From positions 1 through 32,753 of the forward strand of contig JBBQXJ010000054.1 in the NCBI GenBank assembly GCA_038209745.1: 32,753 bases of DNA, written 5' to 3'. Each line of letters begins with the position of its first letter. Position 1 is the stretch's first letter. Shown in pieces: positions 1-8,262 of the stretch. A program made the translations under genes and the position numbers. Source of the stretch: Verrucomicrobiota bacterium. GTDB taxonomy: Bacteria; Verrucomicrobiota; Verrucomicrobiia; Limisphaerales; CANJSG01. The notes below the pieces were generated by a model, which was given only the letters and a program-made list of their open reading frames with translations, did no database searches and was not told the origin of the DNA.

Positions 1-713
1 TTGGAACGGTCGTCGTTGGAACGGTCGTCGTTGGAACGGTCGTCGTTGGAACGGTCGTCGTTGGAACGGTCGTCGTTGGAACGGTCGTCGTTGGAACGGT
101 CGTCGTCGGAACGGTCATCGTCGGAACGGTCATCGTCGGAACGGTCATCGTCGGAACGGTCATCGTCGGAACGGTCGTCGGCGGAGCGTTCGTCGTCGGC
201 GGAGCGTTCGTCGGCGGAGCGTTCGTCGTCGGAGCGTTCGTCGTCGGAGCGTTCGTCGTCGGAACGGTGGTCGTCGTTGGAACGGTCGTCGTTGGAACGG
301 TCGTCGTTGGAGCGGTCATCGTCGGAGCGTTCGTCGTCGGAGCGTTCATCGTCGGAGCGTTCATCGTCGGAGCGTTCATCGTCGGAACGTTCATCGTCGG
401 AACGTTCATCGTCGGAACGTTCATCGTCGGAGCGTTCATCGTCGGAACGTTCGTCGTCGGAGCGTTCGTCGTCGGAGCGTTCATCGTCGGAACGTTCATC
501 GTCGGAACGTTCGTCGTCGGAACGTTCGTCGTTGGAACGTTCATCGTCGGAACGTTCGTCGTTGGAACGTTCGTCGTTGGAACGTTCATCGTTGGAACGT
601 TCATCGTTGGAACGGTCGTCGTTGGAACGGTCGTCGTTGGAGCGGTCATCGTCGGAGCGGTCATCGTCGGAGCGTTCGTCGTCGGAGCGTTCGTCGTCGT
701 TGGAACGGTCGTC
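1..713. repeat. 15-bp coding tandem repeat (consensus TCRTCGTYGGARCGK), roughly 47 units, with a few 12/18-bp in-frame variants
   Basis: Directly visible; all length variants are multiples of 3. Confidence 0.97.
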
Positions 714-1369
714 AGTTGGATGGTCCCCAACGCCGGCATTTGAGAGACGGGTGTTGATTGCGCTACGCTTTGCAACGGCAACGACAACTTGGAAACGGGC
801 TGCTTATCGAAGGACGAACCACGAATCGAGGACGGCAAGCGCGAAGCGTTGGAAATGGTTTTCGGAGGCGCCGCGCTTTTGGAAATACCACGACCAAACG
901 AAGCTCCGTCGATCGGCGTGGCTCCGGAAGCCGAAGCGCTCGTCGGGGTGATCGAAGAATCCGGCGGCAGGATCGATTGGATCGGCACCGACCAGACCAA
1001 ACAGCCCGCGATGACTTCCATCGGTATATTAACAGGAGGCGGTGGCAGTGGATCTTCAGAGACCTTGGCAGGGGAGGTTTCCGTTTTGTCGGATCCAGCG
1101 GTTTCCGAGGCCAAGCCCACAGCCGCATCGGTGAATGACAGGGCATTGGGCGAACCAGGCTGGACGACTAAGCCAATGAAAGAGGAAGGCTCATTCGGTG
1201 GAGGTCCGCCCGGGGCGCTGCTTTCCTTCGCGAACGGGGAGCCCGACTGGAGGCGCCCCTCCACCATGCCGGCGAAGTCTCCAACCGGAGATTTCGGCGT
1301 CGGCAAAACGGGGGTGGAACCGCGGGCTGGTACTGTGACCGGTTCGAACGACAGTGCGGCGGCGGTCAT
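2..1369 (-). CDS. Pro/Ser/Thr-rich protein with TT(T/N)(V/A)P pentapeptide repeats, probable flagellar hook-length control protein (FliK-like); 3' end runs off the window
   Basis: ATG at 1369 overlaps the upstream TGA (ATGA). Read by hand, the frame MTAAALSFEPVTVPARGSTP...QLTTVPTTTNAPTTNAPTMTAP stays open to the window edge. It follows fliJ and a MotE/YlxF-like gene, the usual position of fliK. The diagnostic C-terminal domain is not visible. Confidence 0.6.
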   Translation of the reverse strand, partial: MTAAALSFEPVTVPARGSTPVLPTPKSPVGDFAGMVEGRLQSGSPFAKESSAPGGPPPNEPSSFIGLVVQPGSPNALSFTDAAVGLASETAGSDKTETSPAKVSEDPLPPPPVNIPMEVIAGCLVWSVPIQSILPPDSSITPTSASASGATPIDGASFGRGISKSAAPPKTISNASRLPSSIRGSSFDKQPVSKLSLPLQSVAQSTPVSQMPALGTIQLTTVPTTTNAPTTNAPTMTAPTMTAPTTTVPTTTVPTMNVPTMNVPTTNVPTTNVPTMNVPTTNVPTTNVPTMNVPTMNAPTTNAPTTNVPTMNAPTMNVPTMNVPTMNVPTMNAPTMNAPTMNAPTTNAPTMTAPTTTVPTTTVPTTTTVPTTNAPTTNAPTTNAPPTNAPPTTNAPPTTVPTMTVPTMTVPTMTVPTMTVPTTTVPTTTVPTTTVPTTTVPTTTVPTTTVPTTTVP

Positions 1370-1971
1370 GGGGTCTTGGGTTTAGCTAGTTGGGTCAGAC
1401 GGAGGCGCTCGGACACTTGGGCCATGCGCTTGGCGGCGGCATCTCCCCTGCCCGCGATCTGGGTGAGGATCGGAGCCGACTGGGCGTCCTTCATGAACAT
1501 CAGGACCTTCACCAGGGTGATGTCATCCAGTCCGCCCATGACCTGGGCCGCCGCTGCGGGATCCATCTGCCCGTAGTTCTTGGCGAGCTTCTTGAGGTTG
1601 GACTGCTCGTCCTGGCGGATGGTGATGATGTTGTCGTCCAAATTTTTCCGCATTTCTTCGATGTGGCGGGTGATCTGGCTGATCTCCTCCTTTTCGGATT
1701 TGAGGCGCGCGGCGTAGACATCGAGCTCCTTCTCCCGGGTATCCAAGCCGTTTTGCCGCTCTTTCAGCTCCTTCACCATGTCTTCCAGATCGGGATTGAA
1801 GAATTCCCACGAGGGTCCGCGCACATTGGCCGGAGCACGGTTCGTGGCCGAGACCACAAGCGGGGGCGGCTTGAAGCTGGACTTGTTCGCGAGCAATACG
1901 GCCGACGTGGTGCCCAAATAGAGCAGCCCGCCGAGCAACATCACCACCCAACTGGAGGACAGAATCTTCAT
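1366..1971 (-). CDS. MotE/YlxF(FlbB)-like flagellar protein: N-terminal TM helix, coiled coil, MgtE_N-like C-terminus
   Basis: Hydrophobic N-terminus, heptad region, and LKKLAKNYGQMDPAAAAQVM...LMFMKDAQSAPIL motif; directly downstream of fliJ. Confidence 0.75.
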   Translation of the reverse strand: MKILSSSWVVMLLGGLLYLGTTSAVLLANKSSFKPPPLVVSATNRAPANVRGPSWEFFNPDLEDMVKELKERQNGLDTREKELDVYAARLKSEKEEISQITRHIEEMRKNLDDNIITIRQDEQSNLKKLAKNYGQMDPAAAAQVMGGLDDITLVKVLMFMKDAQSAPILTQIAGRGDAAAKRMAQVSERLRLTQLAKPKTP

Positions 1972-1977
1972 CGGGGA

Positions 1978-2436
1978 TCAGGCAAATTGCCCATGGATGT
2001 TTGGACCAAGCTGTCGCCGTGCCAGTTCGTCGAGCAGAGCCGCCTCCTCTCGCGCAGCGTCCCGGTCATAGACCGAGCGCTGACGATCATGGGCCTTGTC
2101 CACCGCTTCCCGCTGCTGTTTGGCGTGCACCAACGCCAACATGGCCTGCTGAAGTATCGTCTCCGCCCGGGCCAATACTTGTTCCTGACGGCGGATGGAT
2201 TGACGGAGGGTGTCGTGAAAAACTTGCCGGAGCCGGAGCCTATCTGCCTGGCACCCGGCAGACATTTCCCGTCGGGTCTCGTCGGCCAGGGCATCGTGCT
2301 CACGGCCAAGATCGGCCAACCGTTGCATCGCTTGCTCCCTCTCCAACAGGGCTTTGGCATACATTTCCGTCGCGGCCTGCTCCTGCCGTTTGCGGAGGAC
2401 ATGCAGGGCTTCCAGAGAGAATTTGAATCGCTTCAT
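1978..2436 (-). CDS. fliJ: Flagellar export protein FliJ
   Basis: MKRFKFSLEALHVLRKRQEQ N-terminus, coiled coil and ...REEAALLDELA C-terminus; start set at ATG 2436. Confidence 0.85.
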   Translation of the reverse strand: MKRFKFSLEALHVLRKRQEQAATEMYAKALLEREQAMQRLADLGREHDALADETRREMSAGCQADRLRLRQVFHDTLRQSIRRQEQVLARAETILQQAMLALVHAKQQREAVDKAHDRQRSVYDRDAAREEAALLDELARRQLGPNIHGQFA

Positions 2437-2455
2437 AACGGGCGAATCCGTGGAC

Positions 2456-2471
2456 AGCAGCCCTCGGGCCA
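2456..2471 (-). promoter_or_regulatory. Possible sigma-54 (-24/-12) promoter for the fliJ unit
   Basis: Minus strand reads TGGCCCGAGGGCTGCT against consensus TGGCACG-N4-TTGCW; GG and GC are correctly spaced, with 2 mismatches. Confidence 0.4.
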
Positions 2472-2614
2472 TGCTGCGCAAACGCTGAATTCTTCCTTCA
2501 GACAGCCAAATCTCCGATCCCTAGCACCTCCCAACCCCTCCCATTCCGTCGACCACGGATCGACTTTGGACTTTGGACTTCCGATCCGTCCCCTTCTAAT
2601 CGCCGGCCGAAACC

Positions 2615-3970
2615 GTGAATTCCATCAACACTACCGATGTCGCCGTCATCGGCGGCGGCGCAGCCGGATTCTTCGGCGCCATCGCCTGCGCCGAAGCCCG
2701 GCCGGGCACCCGCGTCCAGTTGCTGGAGCGAGGCCCCAACTTCCTCGCCAAGGTGAAGATCTCCGGCGGCGGTCGCTGCAACGTCACCCACCACTGCCTC
2801 GATCCCAAGCTCCTCGCCCAGCGTTATCCCCGCGGAGGGCGCGCGTTGATCGGTCCCTTCACGCGCTTCCAAGCCATCGACACGATCAAGTGGTTCGAGG
2901 ACCGCGGCGTCGCCCTGAAGACCGAAGCCGACGGCCGCATGTTCCCCACGACGGACAACTCCCAGACCATCATCGACTGCCTGATGGACGCCGCCCGGCG
3001 CTCGGGCGTGGTTCTCCGGCCAAACTGCGGCGTCGACCAAATCGAACGAATGGCCGATGGCGGCTTCCGCCTCGCCGTAGGCCGGGCATCCCTGCCCGGC
3101 AAGCCGGTCCTCCAGGCAGGCGAACAGATCCAGACGGCGGGTTCCTTCCCAAACTCGTCGGGCAGAGAGGTCCGGCCTGCGGAAACTCTCACCTGCCAAA
3201 AACTGCTCCTCGCCCTCGGCGGTTGCCGCGCCGAATCCGCCGCCGCGCTCGCGCTCCAGCTCGGGCATACCATCGAGCCGCCCGTGCCGTCGCTCTTCAC
3301 TTTCCAGGTCGCAGACAAACGACTGGAAGGCCTCGCCGGCGTCGCGGTCGATCCGGCCACCGTCACCATTCCCGGCACGAAGCTGAAGGAAACCGGCCCC
3401 GTGCTCATCACCCACTGGGGCTTCAGCGGGCCGGGCATCCTGCGCGCCTCCGCCTGGGGCGCTCGCGAACTCGCCCGGCGCAACTACACTTTCACCGTCC
3501 GCATCAATTGGCTCGGCACCGCCACGTTGGACGAAGCCGTCGCCCGGCTCATCCAGCTCCGCCAATCCGACGGCGCCAAACTCATCCGCAACGTCGTCCT
3601 GCCTCCGCTCACCGCTCGACTCTGGGAACGCATCGTCGCCGTCTCCGGCATCCCGTCCGAGACACGCTGGAGCGGACTGCAGAAGCCCCACGCCCTCGCG
3701 CTCGCCAGGCAGCTGGTGGAAGCGGAGTTCCAGGTGACCGGCAAAAGCCTGAACAAGGACGAGTTCGTCACCTGCGGCGGCGTGAAGCTGCCCGAAGTGA
3801 ACTTCAAGACCATGGAAAGCCGCGTCATTCCCGGCCTGCACTTCGCCGGCGAGATGCTCGACATCGACGGCGTCACCGGCGGCTTCAACTTCCAGGCCGC
3901 CTGGACCACCAGCTGGATCGCCGGCCGCGCAATGGCGGAAGCGTTCTCAACCACAGATGGACACAGATAG
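2615..3970 (+). CDS. NAD(P)/FAD-dependent oxidoreductase, HI0933/BaiN(YhiN) family
   Basis: VAVIGGGAAG, KVKISGGGRCNVTH, GRMFP, LITHWGFSGP, FVTCGGV and GEMLDIDGVTGGFNFQAAW motifs. Confidence 0.95.
   Translation: MNSINTTDVAVIGGGAAGFFGAIACAEARPGTRVQLLERGPNFLAKVKISGGGRCNVTHHCLDPKLLAQRYPRGGRALIGPFTRFQAIDTIKWFEDRGVALKTEADGRMFPTTDNSQTIIDCLMDAARRSGVVLRPNCGVDQIERMADGGFRLAVGRASLPGKPVLQAGEQIQTAGSFPNSSGREVRPAETLTCQKLLLALGGCRAESAAALALQLGHTIEPPVPSLFTFQVADKRLEGLAGVAVDPATVTIPGTKLKETGPVLITHWGFSGPGILRASAWGARELARRNYTFTVRINWLGTATLDEAVARLIQLRQSDGAKLIRNVVLPPLTARLWERIVAVSGIPSETRWSGLQKPHALALARQLVEAEFQVTGKSLNKDEFVTCGGVKLPEVNFKTMESRVIPGLHFAGEMLDIDGVTGGFNFQAAWTTSWIAGRAMAEAFSTTDGHR
3077..3180. repeat. GTAG-type REP doublet inside the BaiN-family CDS
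   Basis: GTAG-GCCGGGCA-TCCC-TGCCCGGC at 3077-3100 and a degenerate inverted partner at 3158-3180; coincides with a protein segment that looks foreign to the family. Confidence 0.7.
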
Positions 3971-4123
3971 ACACAGAGGGTTGGCCTGTAGCGGCGAACG
4001 GGACTCCACCGCCATTCAACGCCACCGAGAAGCTCTTCCACCGATCTGCTCCTGCAGCCTGGCCCATCCGCCGTGCCGCCTCCCCTTCCTTGAATCTGTG
4101 TTCATCTGCGTCCATCTGTGGTT
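3949..4123. repeat. 29-bp inverted repeat pair (AACCACAGATGGACACAGAT...), REP/MITE-like
   Basis: 3949-3977 matches the reverse complement of 4095-4123 at 26/29 positions; internal ACACAGAT sub-repeats. Confidence 0.9.
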
Positions 4124-4135
4124 AAACCCCTCCGC

Positions 4136-5443
4136 GTGCCGCCCCTGAAGATCATGCTCGTCGCCGGCGAGCCGAGCGGCGACCAACTCGCCGCCGAGCT
4201 CGTCACCGCTTTGCGCTCCGAGCTCGCGACGCGTTTTCCCGACCAAGAACCCGTGTTCTTCGGCGCAGGTGGACCCAAGATGGCGGCGGCCGGTGTCACC
4301 CTCCGGCTCGATCTAACCCAGCACTCGGTCATCGGCCTGATCGAGGTGCTGAAGCGCTATCGCCAGTTCAAACGCATCTTCGACGACCTCGTTTCCTATG
4401 CTTTGGAACAACGCCCCGACGTCGTCATCGGTGTCGACTTCGGCGGCTTCAACCTGCGCTTCGCCAAGGCGCTGAAAACGCGGATTGGTAGGGCGACGGC
4501 TCCCTCCGTTGGACAGGCTGACGACGGAGCGGCGAAAGCGGCTGCCGGACAAGGCCAAGGAGTCGCCGGAGAAGCCCCCTCATCGGCCGCAAGCACACCA
4601 GCGGCTCGGCAGGAGATGTCGTCCTACCTTTGGCGGCCCAAGCTCGTCCAATTCGTTTCGCCCCAGGTCTGGGCCTCGCGCCCCGGCCGCGCCGGGACCA
4701 TCGCCGCAACCCACGACCTCCTGCTCTCGATCTTCCCGTTTGAGAAAGCCTGGTATGCAAAAAGACACCCGAAACTGAAGGTGGAGTTCGTCGGCCATCC
4801 CGCCGCCGACCGTTTCGCCGGTCAAGGTTCGACGTTTGGTGTTGAGCGTTACGGGTTGACTGTTCCGGACTCAAAAATCCGGGTTCTCGTTCTACCCGGC
4901 AGCCGGCTTTCCGAACTGAAGCGGCACCTGCCCGTCGTTCTGGCCGCAGCAAAGCAACTACGCGCCCAAACCGGCTGCGACGTGTCGATGGTGCTGCCCA
5001 ACGAGGCGCTCACGGCCTTCGCGATGCCCTTCATCAAGGCCGTAGATTGCACGCTGGAAATCCAAACCGGCGGTCTCGAGGAAGAGCTCCGCCGGGCCAC
5101 CGTCGCCATCGCCTCCACCGGCACCGTCACGATGGAGTGCGCCTACTTCGGCGTGCCCACCGTCGCACTCTACAAGACCTCCTGGAGCACGTATCAGATC
5201 GGGAAACGCATCGTCACCGTGAAGTATCTGGCCATGCCCAACATCTTGGCCGACGAGATCGTCTTCCCCGAGTTCATCCAATCCGCCGCCACGCCTGAGA
5301 ACCTTGCCGCAGCAACTCTTGAGCTGCTGAACAATCCCCGCCGACGCCAAGCCGTGCAGGAGACGCTCGGCCGCATCGTCCGCTCGCTCGGCGAACCTGG
5401 TGCCGCCCGGCGCGCCGCCACCGCGGTGGCCGACCTTTTGTAG
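4136..5443 (+). CDS. lpxB: Lipid-A-disaccharide synthase
   Basis: IMLVAGEPSGD, VDFGGFN, FVSPQVWASRPGR, IFPFE, FVGHP, LPGSR, STGTVTME and AMPNIL...PEFIQ motifs. Start uncertain (GTG 4136, or 4118/4154). Confidence 0.95.
   Translation: MPPLKIMLVAGEPSGDQLAAELVTALRSELATRFPDQEPVFFGAGGPKMAAAGVTLRLDLTQHSVIGLIEVLKRYRQFKRIFDDLVSYALEQRPDVVIGVDFGGFNLRFAKALKTRIGRATAPSVGQADDGAAKAAAGQGQGVAGEAPSSAASTPAARQEMSSYLWRPKLVQFVSPQVWASRPGRAGTIAATHDLLLSIFPFEKAWYAKRHPKLKVEFVGHPAADRFAGQGSTFGVERYGLTVPDSKIRVLVLPGSRLSELKRHLPVVLAAAKQLRAQTGCDVSMVLPNEALTAFAMPFIKAVDCTLEIQTGGLEEELRRATVAIASTGTVTMECAYFGVPTVALYKTSWSTYQIGKRIVTVKYLAMPNILADEIVFPEFIQSAATPENLAAATLELLNNPRRRQAVQETLGRIVRSLGEPGAARRAATAVADLL
4487..4628. repeat. GTAG-type REP doublet inside lpxB, same family as the copies at 31843-32152
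   Basis: 4487-4503 GGTAGGGCGACGGCTCC is identical to 31843-31859. The reverse complement of 4601-4628 matches the 28-bp unit at 24/28. Confidence 0.85.
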
Positions 5444-5455
5444 CCATCTCCTGCG

Positions 5456-7183
5456 TCAGTCCCGCTTCAGACCCTTCAGCGTCGCCATCGAGTCCGCCTC
5501 CGACGCGGGTTTGCCCCGTCGCCACTGCACGATGCGCGCGCCGCGCAAAACGATCCCGGCCTTGTGCCGCGCCGATTCTTGGACGCCCTCGAACGCCAAC
5601 TCAAAGACCAGCTCCGGCTTCACCCCGAGAACCGGACCAAAGCGCCCGGTCGTCTTGGCCCGCACGAAAGCGTCCACCTCCTGGATCTCGGCGTCGGTCA
5701 GGCCGGATTCCGCCTTGGCCACCGGGACCAGTTCATCCCCGCGCCAGACGGCAAAGGTGAACTGCGTGAACAACCCGCTCCGCCTCTCATTGCCTTGTCC
5801 AGCGCCGACCAGAACGACATCGGCGGTGAACGGATCCACCCGCCACTTCCACCAGCCACCCCGGAGGCGCCCAATGCCATAGGTGGAACCGATACGTTTG
5901 AGCATCACCCCAGCCACACCGGATTCACGCGACCGCCTCCACTCCCTCTCCAGCTCGGCCCACGTGGAGAACGGGATCAAGGGTGAAATCCTCAGTCGCG
6001 ACGACGGCTCCGCGATCTTGTCACCCACTTCGCCATCGCTTGAAGGCGCTTCTTCTTCTCCCGCGCTGAACAAGAGTTCCAACTGCTGCGAACCCAAATT
6101 CGAAGAGCGGTTCACGTCGGCGCGCCGCCCGGACTCCGCCTCGGCGACCACTCGTTCCATCTCTGCTCGGCGATCCTCCAGATTCCGTTCCCGCCAATCC
6201 GCTCCGCCGGATTCCAGGAGATCGTGGGCCATGAAGACGGCCGGACACTGGCTTTGGATGGCCGCGTCCATTCGTTTCCGACCGAGCCGTTTTTGCAGGT
6301 CCGAAAAGGTCCCCGGCCGGTCTCCGCGCCAGACCAGGACTTCCCCGTCGAGCACGATCCCTTTCGCCAGATGCCGCCCCGCCTCCGCCAGTTCGGGAAA
6401 CGTTCCGGTCAGAAGCTCGTCGCCACGCGACCACAGAACCACCTCGGCCCCTCGCCGGATCAACTGCGCGCGAATGCCGTTCCACTTCCACTCGGCCCGC
6501 CAATGTTCGGCCGCGCCCAGATCGTCCGGCCGATGCTCCAGCGGCGACGCCAGGTGGAAGGAAAACGATCTAGCCGCTTCGCCCTCTGGATCTTCATCCG
6601 ACAGCAGCTTTCTGAACACCTCGGCCGTCGGAGCCAGTTGTCCCGAGAGCCGATGCGCCATGACGGATTGGCCCACGCCCGCAACGTGCGCCAACGCACG
6701 AACGACCCAGGTCCGCGCTCCACCGACCGGGAGAAAGCCGGTCATGAGCTTGTTCCACACGAACCGCTCCGTGTCTCCCAGCTCCCGCCACGTCCGGATC
6801 ACCAGACCACGCCGAGCTTCGTCGCTCATTCCGGCCATTGGCTGAAGCCGCTCTTCGACCAAGGACGACAGGCTCATCGTCGCCGCCCCGACCGTGCGAT
6901 CCGTCGCGGCCGGCACGAGCAGCGCCATGGTTTCCGCCAGATCCCCGACCGCTGCGCAGCATTCTTCCACCAACCACCCGGGCAGCCCGGCGGCGGCGGC
7001 TGTCCATTCGCGAAGCTCACCGTGGGTGACCGCCCTCTCGTGCTTTCGCCCCATGAGAAAATAGACCGCCCACGCCGCGTCGGCCAGCGGCGTTTCCGTG
7101 AAATACCGTTCCAACGCCGCGATCTGTTCGTCGGCGCGGCGGGCGTCATCGAGTTCGCGGAAGAGCCGGGCGAAACGCTTCAT
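5456..7183 (-). CDS. ATP-dependent DNA ligase family protein (DNA damage response type) with substituted catalytic motifs
   Basis: VGDLAETMAL, AEWKWNGIRAQ, LWSRGDEL, LDGEVL, WWKWR, FGPV and ELVFELAFEG match the family; motifs I, IV and VI deviate. Confidence 0.9.
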   Translation of the reverse strand: MKRFARLFRELDDARRADEQIAALERYFTETPLADAAWAVYFLMGRKHERAVTHGELREWTAAAAGLPGWLVEECCAAVGDLAETMALLVPAATDRTVGAATMSLSSLVEERLQPMAGMSDEARRGLVIRTWRELGDTERFVWNKLMTGFLPVGGARTWVVRALAHVAGVGQSVMAHRLSGQLAPTAEVFRKLLSDEDPEGEAARSFSFHLASPLEHRPDDLGAAEHWRAEWKWNGIRAQLIRRGAEVVLWSRGDELLTGTFPELAEAGRHLAKGIVLDGEVLVWRGDRPGTFSDLQKRLGRKRMDAAIQSQCPAVFMAHDLLESGGADWRERNLEDRRAEMERVVAEAESGRRADVNRSSNLGSQQLELLFSAGEEEAPSSDGEVGDKIAEPSSRLRISPLIPFSTWAELEREWRRSRESGVAGVMLKRIGSTYGIGRLRGGWWKWRVDPFTADVVLVGAGQGNERRSGLFTQFTFAVWRGDELVPVAKAESGLTDAEIQEVDAFVRAKTTGRFGPVLGVKPELVFELAFEGVQESARHKAGIVLRGARIVQWRRGKPASEADSMATLKGLKRD

Positions 7184-8211
7184 CCCCGTTCCTCATTCTC
7201 GTTCTCACGGGGACGCGAAGGAGCGTGATCTCCGCCGGACCGCTTCTCCAACGGCGCCGCCTCCATCCCCTGCTCCGTCAGCCATCGAACCACGCTGGCG
7301 GAGGGGCCGTGCGTGACGAGGACCCGCTCCGCGCCGGTCAGCCGGATCGCTTCCAGCAGACCCGGCCAATCCGCGTGGTCGCTCAACACGAATCCTCGGT
7401 CGAACGCCTGTCGCTTCCGCGCCGCACGCACCTGCATCCAGCCGGACGCGAACGCGCACGACACGTCTCCGAATTTCCGCATCCACGGCGTGTCGAAGGC
7501 GCTTTGTGGGGTGATGACCAATCCACGTCCGTCCGCGGCCCGAATCGACGCCGCCTCCGCCGACATCGTCGTCGGCAACGGCACTCCCGCCGCGCGATAC
7601 AGCGGCAAAAACGCCTCGACCGCGCTCTGCACGAAGATGGGACCGAGCGACGGATCGACGCCGGCCAGCAATCGTTGGGCTTTTCCGAGCGAGTAGCCAA
7701 AGAGCACGCTCGTGCGTTTCCCGGCTTGGTTACCGCGCCACCACGCGTTGATCTCGGCGAAGACTTCTTCCTGCGGACGCCAGCGGTAGATCGGCAGACC
7801 GAAAGTCGATTCCGTGATGAAGGTGTGGCAGCGGACCGGCTCAAAGGGGTCGGCCGTGGTATCGGGCTCCAGCTTGTAGTCGCCGCTGACGACCCAGACT
7901 TCGCCCCGATGTTCCACCCGCACCTGGGACGAACCAAGAATGTGCCCCGCCGGATGGAGCGAAACGCGGACCCCGTTGATCAACGTCGGCTCGCCGAACG
8001 CCACTCCTTCGATCCGCGCCCTTTTCCCGATTCGATGGCGCAGAAGATCCGCTCCCCGCGCTGCGCACAGATAGAGCTCGCTACCCGCCCGCGCGTGGTC
8101 GCTGTGCGCATGTGTGACCACGGCCCGAGGGACCGCCCGGCAAGGATCGACATAGAAATCGCCTGCCGGGCAATAGAGCCCGCAGGCGGTGTTCTGGAGC
8201 AGCGGCGGCAT
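7180..8211 (-). CDS. Ligase-associated DNA damage response exonuclease (MBL/beta-CASP fold)
   Basis: THAHSDHA, HPAGHILGS, SGDYK, ITESTFG, LSDHADW and VTHG motifs; 4-bp overlap with the ligase gene. Confidence 0.93.
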   Translation of the reverse strand: MPPLLQNTACGLYCPAGDFYVDPCRAVPRAVVTHAHSDHARAGSELYLCAARGADLLRHRIGKRARIEGVAFGEPTLINGVRVSLHPAGHILGSSQVRVEHRGEVWVVSGDYKLEPDTTADPFEPVRCHTFITESTFGLPIYRWRPQEEVFAEINAWWRGNQAGKRTSVLFGYSLGKAQRLLAGVDPSLGPIFVQSAVEAFLPLYRAAGVPLPTTMSAEAASIRAADGRGLVITPQSAFDTPWMRKFGDVSCAFASGWMQVRAARKRQAFDRGFVLSDHADWPGLLEAIRLTGAERVLVTHGPSASVVRWLTEQGMEAAPLEKRSGGDHAPSRPRENENEERG

Positions 8212-8262
8212 CGATCGGGGGTTCTGCCAGCCGATGATCGACTCGGGACAACCGCGCTGCGA

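Noticed and set aside
1..951. + strand ORFs (ERSSS)n and (VVGTF)n
   Set aside because: Shadows of the 15-bp repeat. The minus-strand frame from ATG 1369 is coupled to the flagellar genes and explains the region.
1390..4125. Very long alternative-frame ORFs (911 aa here; also 7225-9279, 11615-13273, 26688-28493)
   Set aside because: Arg/Pro-rich or antisense shadows of well-supported genes, as expected in high-GC DNA.
6000..6125. REP-derived origin for the apparent insertion in the ligase
   Set aside because: Only a short GACGGCTCC match and no clear inverted partner; not enough to call.
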